In this document: positions 51,521 to 62,110 of the stretch, piece after piece
How the letters are laid out: every line of letters begins with the position of its first letter
How positions within the stretch are numbered: position 1 is the stretch's first letter
Assembly: GCA_905178155.1 (NCBI GenBank)
Contig: CAJINV010000006.1
Span: 2,297,700-2,361,699, forward strand
Origin: Amoebophrya sp. A120
Taxonomy: Eukaryota > Protista > Dinoflagellata
DNA: 64,000 nucleotides
Direction: 5' to 3'
Position numbers and translations under genes: made by a program
The notes under the pieces: model-generated
What the model saw: the letters and a program-made list of their open reading frames with translations, nothing else
Databases searched by the model: none
What the model was told of the DNA's origin: nothing

Positions 51521-52627
51521 CTTCCTCGGAAACCTACTTGTAGTATGAGTATGTAATATTAAGGACTACTTACTGCTGCAACAGAAATTGGCCTGGTCAT
51601 TCTTCGAAAAGATCGTGTGTTAAAGAAACTCCTAGCATATTACCTACACAGCACTTGTGTCCTACTTAATCCTGATCGTGCAGTAGGCCGTGTTAGTAAA
51701 GATGAATGACTAAAAACTGCGACGAATCATCGCCATATTCTTGCTAGCAACTGCAACATAAGGTTAAGGGAAGGACTGCTAGGGGCTCACTGTTATTCCT
51801 TTCAAGTTCTATATGTTTTCCTGTGACGCCACGACAACGAGTCGTCTTGTTCATAGCCGACTAAAATGGAACGGAACTACTATTGACGCCACGACAACGA
51901 GTCGGATTAATGTTCTTGCACTTGCATGCTGTGTACTTTTTGATTTGCACGATCGATTTCGTCAGCTGATGACGAGAGGAACCAGGGGTTGCAAACAACG
52001 AAACAGAACGACAAAACGAAAGAGCCGCACGAGCAGAGTAATATGAAGCACGACCACGACACGGTGAGGTATATAAATATTTGAGGGACGAAGAGCGGCC
52101 AGATCATACGATAAGTTCGACAAACACAAAAAGGAGCAAGCCGCGCAGGAGAAAAAGAAAAAGAACATCAGAAGCACCAGATATAGTGTCACTTCACAAA
52201 GATTCTACTCAAGAAAAATTCTCCCGGTGCACGCTCAGGTGGCATAGGATCTAGGGTGGATTTATTAATGCCTTGCTTCGTATGTTGAACCTTTACCTTC
52301 TGTCAGGGGGGAAATACTAGAATAAATGGATTTCAACTACTTTCTAGAAGGAACAGAAACTCAATCACAGTGTGGGGCGGGGAGTCGCAGTAGTAGATCA
52401 TCATCATACGCACTTGAGAACTGGGGTGGGTCTACGAGGTACAGAAATTAAAAAAAAAACAAGAACAACTACAAAGCATATTACAGCTACAGGAGGAAAA
52501 GCAAAACAAAGACAAAAAGTTGACGTTGAGCATCATATTGAAATAAACAAAAATGTGGTAGTACAGTGGGTCGAAAGAGCATCCTGCTCGCAGGTATTTT
52601 TATGCGTCCATTTTTGTTCCACTCTCC

Positions 52628-55600
52628 TCAACCTTCGCCCAAATCAGGGGTCGGCCGGCTGTTGTCCGTGCTCCTTGGCGCGGCCATCAGAGGCGGTTCT
52701 TCTGACATTGGCGCCACTTGCGAGGCCCTGGTAGCTCCCGCAGAAGTGGTCCCGCCAACCTGCGACGCCCTCGTCGTCCCAGCACCTCCACCAGCAACAC
52801 TGTGGCGCGAGGCCGCGGTCTGCGAAGCCCGTTGTTCCTCTCTTTTCGATATGGAATGTAAAAGTGTCTGGGTCTGGAAGCTTGGAACTTGTAATGCTAG
52901 CTTTCCATACCTAGAAAATCTGTATTGCACTATAACCAACAAAAGTCGCAGCCTCTTTTGTCATGTTGGGAAGCTAAGGGCTGGGCGTCCCTGTCGTTCT
53001 GTAAACCTTAAAACGGTAGCCACTTACTCGACAAACTCTAAATAGAATAAGTTTGGACAAAGTGATCACTACCGAGAGACAACAACAAAATAAAGGCTCC
53101 TGGGACGGCAGCCTCTTTTGTCATGCAAAACCGCAGTTTGTCATTCGGATTGCCTACGAGAAAGCGTTTTGGGAAGTTGTCATGCCGGATTGCATTCGGA
53201 AGTGTTTTGTTTCATCATGCACATTTTAGCACCACAAGTTTCCAGACCCAGACATTTTTGCATTTCCTATTCGAAGGGCTTTTCGACATCTCGGAACTGC
53301 GTTTGTTCATCTCCGAGGTCCGTTTTTTTGACGCCTGGCGACTGGATCGACCAGACGAGGCATTGTTTGCCCCCGCCTGATATGCATTGCAAATATGTCT
53401 GGGTCTGGAAACTTGTAATGCTAAAAGTGAATGATAGACGCACTGCAATACGCAGCTATGCATGACAAATTTTTTGGCTGCCATGTCTTACTTATTCCGC
53501 ATGGCAAACTGCGTTTTTGCATGACAGGTAAGAGGGCCTTTTCGTGCCTATGCAACACAGATTCTCGAGTCATGCCAGAAAAGCATGACAAACTTGCAGT
53601 CTTCCAGACCCAGACATTTTTGCATTTGATACTTCAGAGTGGGAAGAGTGGCTGTGGTGTGCGGATTTATTCATTTGCGAGGTGCGTTTGCTGGAGCGCG
53701 ATTTCCGGCTACTTCTTCCTCCCGAGGATTTCATAGCGTTCTTAATGGCGTCGCCGAAGGCTATCATTTGTAAAAACGTCGACGTCCCCACCCCACAGTT
53801 GTAATGCAATTCTGCATACTGAAGACGTTTCTCATGCGGAGCCCAATGAGAAGCATTTTCTAGTTGTGTTTCGGAGTTTGTCATGCTCCAATCAGCATGA
53901 TGTGCTAGGTTTGTGAAGATGCTGGTGAACTACCTAAACGAGATGACACTACGAGGCCAGACTTGTCATGCGCAACAACCAAGCCTCGTGGATTATTTGT
54001 CTAGCAGATTACCCATCTTGACTATGGGGTGGAGACGTTTTTACACAGGATAAAGGCTGCGCCGTCCTCTAGGATGTTCACCGAACTCTCCAGGCGCTGT
54101 CGCTCCATCTTCTCTTGCTTTTCCGTCAGCGTGGCCAGCTGCTTTTTCAACACGGAGACCCGCTCGTTCCGGCTCTTCCTGTATCCTGTGCAAAAGTATC
54201 CGATACTCGTAGCAATCGCAATACTGCATGACAAATCTTCAATCTTAAAGTAAATCCGCATTACAAATTTTATTCCTGATTCTGAGGATGAAATTCAAAT
54301 TTGTAATGCAGTTTAATACGAGTACACGATAGTTTTGCAATTCATATCCTGCCCTCGTGCGTGCTCCCGAAGGCCAGGGAATTCATCATGGCCGAGGTCA
54401 TCGACTTTTGCTGCTCGGACCGCAAGTCTTGCAGCTCCTTTTTCAGACCGTCAATCTCCTTCGCCAGGGCCTCCTCCCGTGGATCGATGCCCCGACTGAC
54501 CAGCAGGGCAGATTTGCTGCGGCCCGCGAGGCTCTTATCCGGCTTCCCGTCATCACCCATAACCAAATGCTCGCTCTTCCTCCGAACGACTTGCCGATCC
54601 ACCTCACAGCATATCCTGTGCAAAAGTATCGCACTCGTAGTTGTAGTCGCATTTTTGCACGACAAACCTCTTTTTCAAGGTAAATCAGCATGAGAAATTC
54701 CATTCGTCATGCTGAGCAAATTTGTAATGCGATTACTACTAGTACGATACTTTTGCAGTTCATACAGCACCAGGCGCAACAGCATTTTATCGGGATCACG
54801 ACGAAAAGGACGACCAAGATATGCATTGCAAACATGTCTGGGTCTGGAAACTTGTAATGCTGAATGATCATGATTGACTGTGCCTTTGAGTGCATTGCAG
54901 CATGACAAATGTTTCAAACGCTCTCTCATGCGCAGAACGCATTACAAACTGCGCTTTTGCAGGACGAAAGTGTGGCGCTTTGTGTGCTGCCTATGCAATA
55001 CAGATTTTTTAGGAATGCGAAACATGCAATACAGGTTCAACCTTCCAGACCCAGACATATTTGCATTTGATACAAGAGGAAGATGAGCAAAAACCCGAGC
55101 AGGGTTCCGAGGATCATCATGCAGTACCAGTTGTATCCTGAGCAAAAGCGCCCCCGCCTCATAGCTAACATGAGAAATCTGCTAAACAAATCAGCCAGCT
55201 TTGGTTGTTGCGCATGACAAGTTTCGCCTCGCAGTGTGATCCTGTTTAGCTTGTTCAGCAGCATCACAGACCTAGCCTATTGTGCTGATTTGAGCATTAC
55301 AAATTCCACACCACGGCTAGAAAATGCCTGTCATCGGGCTCCGCATGAGAAACCTTCTGAGCCTGGGGACGTTTTCACACAGGATAAGTTGCAGCTTTTT
55401 CCCTTCTCCTCCATACTTTGGTCGTAACTCCGGATTCCCGCGGGAACGGTTCTTCCATCCGGGTATTGATAGTGGTACTCCTTCGAATCGTATCGCAACA
55501 AAAAGTGTTACAGTATACACATTGTGTTGCAGGAGCCGCAAGACAGTAGACAACCTTTGCCATGCAAGAAATGGTTGCGAACTTCATTTCGTACGTGTTT

Positions 55601-57977
55601 TATTCCCTTAGGATCTCTGCATTGCAAGTTTTCTGTGCCACACAGAGAAAATTTGTGTTGCTGAAGGTCCAAAAAATGTTCAACTGTAACACTTTTTTCT
55701 TGTGATAAAACGTCCGGGGGCACAATCAAACACGGCTGGTTCGCCACATCGAGCATGTATCATTTGTAAAAACGTCCCCACTCCAGAGTCAAGTTCTTGG
55801 GGATTTTGCAACATAAACGTTGAAGTTTTGGGAACCACGCATAACAAGTTCTTGCAGGCTGTAGTGTAGTGCAGATTAGCAAGCGAAGCCGCATAGCACA
55901 TTCATCTCCTCATCCTGTTTACAGCATTACAAGTTCCGAAACACTATGGGAAATGCCTCTCATGGGGATGCGCAAGACTAACGCTCTTGTGTGCTTCCAG
56001 ATCTGCATGACAAGAACTCTGGGGTGGGGGTGTTTTTACACAGGATAGCATGGTGGTATTGTCAACGCCGTACGCGGCGATGTCAAAATTCGGGTTTTTC
56101 ACCACCCGTACGCGCGCGTAGGTCGTCGTTTCCGTCTCCCCCGTTTCGGCGTTTTTCACGGTTTCGTTTCTGAACAGAAAGGCCTCGTCGATGTGGTCGT
56201 GCGCGTAGGAAAACCCGGTCTGCTCCTTTTCCTTTTCGAAAAGAACCCCGAGGACCACCCGGTCGAGGTAAATGTCCGATTCGAGACAGTCGTAGACAAA
56301 CTCGCAGCAGGTCGGGTAGGGTTCTTGTAGGTCTTGGTTGTCGTTGTGGTACTGCTCTACCTCGCACTGGGCTTTCCGATACAGAGGTGACGGGAGCAAA
56401 ATCTTCTCCGACAACACCATGCGCGTGACGAGGGGCACTTCTGGCGTCGAAGAAGTAGATTCTTCTGCTAAATGTTCTTGTATGTCTCTACTCCCGCAGA
56501 CCGCCGGCAGGCACACATGTTGCGGCTCCCCTTGTGGCTCGATACTCTCTCCGTCTTGCCCCGCCTGCGAGGAAGCAGGGGCAGCGAGAAGCCCTTGCCC
56601 CGTCTGCGCGGCCTGCGAGGAAGCAGGGGCAGCGAGAAGAGCCTGCTTCGCCTTTGGCTTTATCTTTGATCCACCTGGTGGTGGATCTTCCCGTCCAGCG
56701 GCAAGAAAAGAAACGCCGGCTTGTTGTTCCTCTGTCGTGACGTTGTTGGTGCCATTTTGCTCTGGGTGGAGCGGGTTCGCGCTGGCCCCCCCGGCTCCGT
56801 CTCCTGTTACTGTTTCATTGTTCGTACCGCCTGCAGTTCCCGAAGGTTCTGCCACAACTCCTGTCGTTGCGTTTGTACTACCGTCTGCTTGCTGTGTTTC
56901 ATTACTACCGCCTGCATCTACTGTGTGACCACCCGCTGCACTGGCTCCGGTCCCGTCTGAAGACGTTGCCTCTACTTCTCCAGCTGCGCTCTCAGTTGCA
57001 TTTGTGGTCCCCTCCCCGCGACCACTCTCATCGCCTTCCTCAATTGCCCCGGCCTCGGCCGGGGTTCCCTGCAGGTGCGGTCCCGTGGCCGCCGGCGCAC
57101 ACCGACCATTATCGTGGACGAAGTGCGTGTAGAGCTCGACCACCTTCCGCCTGATCACCTCCTGGTCGTTTTCCTCGTCCTTCGTGCCCATAATTTGCAG
57201 TTCGACCACCGGGATTCCGTTGTGGGTCGGCCCCTTCCAACCCGTCGGCAGGAACTTTTCTTCTTGCTCATGTTCTTGAGCCGCATGATTTTGAATACTA
57301 TGCTTCTGGGTTAGGATTTTCTTGTTCTGGACGAGCTTTGTAGTCCTTGACGTGGTTGCGAAAGAGGAAGTTGGGACTTTTTCGACCGTTTTTGCGCTTC
57401 TTGTTCTTTCCTCACTCGTCCTGGAAGTTGTTGATGATGCTCTCTTCTTTTTTACCAGCACTCGCTCTTGTTTATTTCTTGCCGGCGAGAAGGTCCTCCG
57501 CGTGGAAGAAGATTTTCCATTTCCCAGCTGAACCGCGGAGGTGACCGAACAAGTACAACATATCGAAAGAAAAACCTGTTATTTCATCACTGTGAACTTG
57601 TAAATCGCATACGATAAGTACGTGTTTGTGGACTTGCTTCTCGTACACATGCAGGACAATGCATACTTTTTGGCGTGTTTATTTTCCTTGGGTGGCTGCT
57701 CACATGGCAAACAACTTCTCATTTGTGATGTGGAGCAAACTTGTGATGCAATAAAACTAGCTTGCACAATGAAAATCATCACAGTGAAACAGTTTTTTCG
57801 TGGGATACTCCAGGTGTTCAAAATTATATCAACGCCGATGATGATCCACCATGACGACGACGACGACCTTCCTGTGTAGCATAATACTCCCGGAATTAGG
57901 TTGGACATTCGTCCCCCGATCAGTTTGCAAGCACTTCTCGTCCGCCGGCCACGACTGGAGGTCGCCCGCTGGTTCAT
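52628..57977 (-). CDS. Type-I membrane protein (~919 aa) with cytoplasmic coiled coil; 10 introners
   Basis: Spliced length 2760 nt. TM rebuilt across an element: MMILGTLLGFLLIFLL|VVLFVVIPIKCCCAWCC; coiled coil EEALAKEIDGLKKELQDL. Confidence 0.75.
52850..53269. mobile_element. Introner family B carrying a nested insertion
   Basis: TAT..CTA; TSD ttcga. Confidence 0.85.
53381..53631. mobile_element. Introner family B, now GT-AG bounded
   Basis: TSD cctga/cttca. Confidence 0.85.
53762..54052. mobile_element. Introner family F
   Basis: TSD aaggc. Confidence 0.9.
54182..54346. mobile_element. Introner family A
   Basis: TSD tcctg. Confidence 0.9.
54612..54764. mobile_element. Introner family A
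   Basis: TSD cagca. Confidence 0.9.
54820..55072. mobile_element. Introner family B
   Basis: TSD caaga. Confidence 0.9.
55134..55386. mobile_element. Introner family F
   Basis: TSD agttg. Confidence 0.9.
55491..55707. mobile_element. Introner, E/G-like
   Basis: TIR tatc.caa.aaaaagtgttacag; TSD aatcg/aaacg. Confidence 0.85.
55758..56047. mobile_element. Introner family F
   Basis: TSD gcatg. Confidence 0.9.
57561..57807. mobile_element. Introner family E
   Basis: Decayed TSD caaca/ctcca; frame kept. Confidence 0.8.
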
Positions 57978-58731
57978 TTTTTTTTTTCGAAAACCGCGAA
58001 AATTTTGCTAGTAATAGACACCACCAACAAGCTGACGCTATCAAGAATGTCGAAGCTGCTGAAGCACTATTGTTTTTACTTGTTACGCTAGGTGGCGACT
58101 CTTAACACGAGACGATTTCCAACTAGTACAACGTCCTTCGTCTATTTGTAAACTGATGATGCGGGTCAAGAATGTGCAAGATTTCTTTCTTAGCTATAGG
58201 GACGAGGAGGAGGCGATGTTGTATGTTCATGTTCCTGTTTCTTCTATCATCGGGGACCACCACAATAGATGAAACAGCTGTGGTGCTGCACAAGATTCAT
58301 TTTCAAAAACTGAAGAGGTGAACGACGACGACGACGACTGTCAGCATCAAGCTGCACATGATGAAGTACGTAGGATTCGTCGTAGTTTTACGATTTGCTC
58401 CTGCTTCACGACGCAAGTATTAAAGCGCACGACATATCGGAACGAGCGAAGAAGACTAGGACGTGGGGGCATCAGCGCGGCGCAATAGAAGGGGTGCACC
58501 ACGACGAATTTCCAGAAAGACGATCAAAGACGAACGAGAAGCTGCTGCACACCAGGACGATACATAGGACTAGAGGATGAAGAACGACAACGAAGAGAGA
58601 CGAACGATGCTAGGCAATAAAAAAAAGCAAAACCAAAATGATTTAAACCATCGGGGTCACTCCATAATTGCATGGATTTGCGCACAAGAGACAGAGAGAA
58701 TGAGAAACAGAAATAACCAGAACTACATTTC

Positions 58732-61201
58732 TCACAAAACCACGAAGCAGGAGGCGCTGAGCGCGGTCGCGACATCGACATTGCTCCTTCACACGAACAC
58801 CGTGTACTGGTTTGTCACGCATCACAAGTTCTTCAGTCATGCCAGACAAGCATGACAAACCTCGCACAAGCATGACAAACCTTCCACACATATTTGCTTT
58901 TGATAAAAGTACTCGAAAAACAAATTCTTCCCCTCGGTGGGACAGTGGTCGAGTTGGATCCGCACCAGCCGCTGTAGCTCCTTCGCGTCCAGGTTCGCCG
59001 CACATTGGAGAAAGAACGCTTCCTTTCCCCTCGTCTTGTACTCTCGGAGAACGTAGCAGCACTCCAAAAAGCGCTTCCGGAGTATGAACTGCAAATATGT
59101 CTGGGTCTGGAAGATTCTAAGCTTGTGATGCTGTCTCTGGATTCAAAAGAAATCTGTATTGCGTGACCAGCAACAGGACTCCAGTTTGTGCTACGCGGAG
59201 AGGGCATTTCCTATCCGGAATAGGCATTCGGAAGCCCAGCAAAAGTCTGTGATGCTAGTGCATGCATTACAGACTCCATGGGTCATGCAGAATATGCATG
59301 ACAAACCTGGCAATCTTCCAGACCCAGACATTTTTGCAATTCATACGTAGGTAGACGTGCTCATTCCGGTTGATGTGCTGCGGGGGTGGATCCTGAGCAA
59401 AAACGTCCCCACGACCCCAGAGAAGTTTGGCATTTGTAATGCTGTAAACAGGATGAGGGGTTTGGTTTGTAATGCGGTCGCCCTTGCAGCTATTAACGTG
59501 CACTACCATAGTACAGAGACCACGAACTTGTCATGCGTGACTTCCAACACTTGTCGATTTGTGTAGCGCAGTCGCCATCTTGACTCTGGGGCGAGGACGT
59601 TTTTAGTCAGGATAAGGTGGTTGGAAAACCGGCGGGGCGCTGGAAGAAGAGGATTTGTGCTGTGGAAGATGAGATGCGCTCATCACCGCGGGGGGCGACA
59701 TCTTGTTTATTTTGCAATCGACGTCACACTTGTTGTGAATTTGCCGGTGGTCGTGTTTATCTTTATTCCCTACATACTTAACTATCCATACCTCGCTTGT
59801 GCTTTTCGGGAAGATGAGGACCTTCCACCTGTTGTCTTTGTGCCGAAGATTATTAGTCATACAGAATGACTTCTTCCTCCGTTAGCGGCTTGGTGAAGAT
59901 TTTTTCACAAATTTCATCTACCACCTTCTGATCATTCTTGCTCCTTCACACGAACACCGTGTACTGGTTTGTCATATGTATCAGCGTCGCTTAAAAATAC
60001 TGAAGATTCAATACGCCTTCGTCGTATGAAGAGTCGTGTCGTACTTACTTCTTCGTGGTAAAGAAATCCACTGCAGCAGAGGTTCCAGCTCGTCTTCCAC
60101 TTCCTTGATGTGCAGTCGAAGATTGAAAATAAATCAGTAGCGACCACAAGAGCTTGTTGTTCAACATGAAGATTTCAATTTCTTCACTGTATTTTATTCA
60201 CCGTCGCTAGTGTTTTGTCCAGATTTTTCAGCGCTTTCGGCACTAAATCGTTCGAGATCATCTTCTTCGTTGGAATCCATTTTCCGTACTCTTCCAACTT
60301 TTTCTCCTCCGCGTCAACATCGTGCAAGTCCTTTCGTATTATGAATTTTTGCAAAAGTGTAATCGTTTACTAGAACAACTTGCAACTGCTTTTTACATCA
60401 CAAATTTGCGCAGCATAATGCGAAAGGCAATTGGTAATGCGGATTCAGCTTGACAAAGAAATTTATGCATAAACGCACTAGTACGAGTTAGTACGATACT
60501 TTTGCAGAGGATAGGTATTTTTGTCAGCGAATTTACCGCTTCGTCCACCTCGCGAATGGAGCTGGAGTAGGAGCTATGCACTGCAAATAGAAGATGTCTG
60601 GATTTCCAATGCAAGACTTCAATGACAAGAAGATCTGTAATGCATCAATGCGATAATTGTTGAGCAGTCCTTTTTTTGTCGCGCTGGATTGAAGTCATTT
60701 GTCATGCGTTTTACGAATGAATTACGAATAAAGAGCCTTTCCAAACTTCTGATGCTGTTCTACTGCCTGATTGTGATTATACAAGGGGCTAATAGTATTG
60801 ACCCAAGAATGCGAGTACAACTTACTATCACTATCAGCAAGACAAATTTCCAGATCCAGACACATTTGCACTTGATAGGAGAAAGAAGTTCTGGTCTGCG
60901 GCCTCCTGGTGGTGGTCGTTGCGGAAGATGCGGTCGCGGTTGTTTCATTTTCTCGCAGCACTGTTGACAAGAAGGATGTGCCTTGTAGTTTTGCGGCTGA
61001 ACAAGATGATGCCTGGTTCTCTTGCGGTGGTACTACAAGAACTGACCCCCGCGGCCCATCCGAGAAACAATCACGCGTACAGTGCTGCAGGCTCTTGCTG
61101 CTCGAGATCATGCTGCCCCCGGCCGGGACAAGAAGCGCAAGATCATGATCGCAGATAAATGACTCCGCGTGGAGGTTCTGCAGGAGGTCACGCAACAACA
61201 T
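58732..61201 (-). CDS. Hypothetical protein; 4 introners plus probable GT-AG introns (60104-60201, 59944-60044, 58787-58912)
   Basis: In-frame joins RTSFS|YSSSIREVDE..KI|RKDLHDVD and FQPP|PQHINRNEHVYL|RKRFLECC; structure at 59700-59870 unresolved. Confidence 0.5.
58818..58905. mobile_element. Half (one-ended) family B introner
   Basis: Only one TIR remains (..cacatatttgcttttgata). Confidence 0.65.
59083..59345. mobile_element. Introner family B
   Basis: TSD cggag/cgtag. Confidence 0.9.
59389..59614. mobile_element. Introner family F
   Basis: GAT..ATA; TSD gggtg/aggtg. Confidence 0.85.
60340..60513. mobile_element. Introner family A
   Basis: TSD cgtat/ggtat. Confidence 0.85.
60575..60877. 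mobile_element. Introner family B
   Basis: TSD ggagc/ggaga; related to 32704. Confidence 0.85.
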
Positions 61202-62110
61202 TTTCTAGTAGTCTTTGTCCTAACGAAGTAGATCGGAAACAAAGACGATTGTTAACAATGCAGCAGAAAAACTCAGTTTTTACAGTTGCTCGCTATTGAT
61301 TTTGCTAAGTACTGTAGTTGAACAAGCCGCAAAGAGGGCGGAAGCTACTGTACTTCTTCAGAAAGTTCGTAAAATAATATAAATATTTTATCACAACTGT
61401 CGAAGAGCTGCTGCAGGTGGTGGACTCGACGAATTTATATTCATTTTGAAAGAGAAATACGATCTACACGACGCGGTGTAGTATAGCAAGCCTTCGTCGC
61501 TCATGACTATATATAATTCTGTCGACCGGGAATTACTTCTGCGACTGCGACGACCACGACTCCGCTGCATATGTACTTATTTTTAAAGTGAACCACGACT
61601 ACGACACGACGAGGGAACAAGATTTCTGTGCGATCACGATGAAACGTAGAGGTAGACGAGCAGAATACTACAAAACTTCTGATTGTTCTTCACGACCAGG
61701 GGGGCCGTGGTCGGACAAAAACTTCAGCAACTCTGCAGATAAAACAAAGAATGCGAAACTTTATTTTGCGCATAAGCAATGCAACTACAGTGCGTGCGAG
61801 GCGATGACGAAAGGTAGGAGTTCATCTTGGCGTTTTTGTTTTCGGAAGGCGCTATAGATAGAAGATGAAGTTGTTGCTTCTTTGAAGAGAACATTTCCGT
61901 GCCATAGAAGTTGTCTCCAGGCACCACAAGTATGCACCTTGATGTTCAAGAAAACTTCTTCTATTTGTTGGTAAGAAGTCCCACGACAACTACCAGTCTC
62001 GTCTTGATGTTTCTGCTACTTATTTCGTGCGCCTTGCAGCTGTTGGCCTTCTTGATATCACTATGCTTTGCTACTCTTGACACCACTAGAAGCTGTTGGC
62101 CTTCTAGTCT

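Noticed and set aside
51824-51904. 21-bp direct repeat tgacgccacgacaacgagtcg with a 39-bp spacer
   Set aside because: Only two copies in eukaryotic intergenic DNA; a simple local duplication
6528-59345. Recurrent short ORF peptides ([38 protein letters not shown]) as a protein family
   Set aside because: They are translations of the introner TIRs in different frames, not genes
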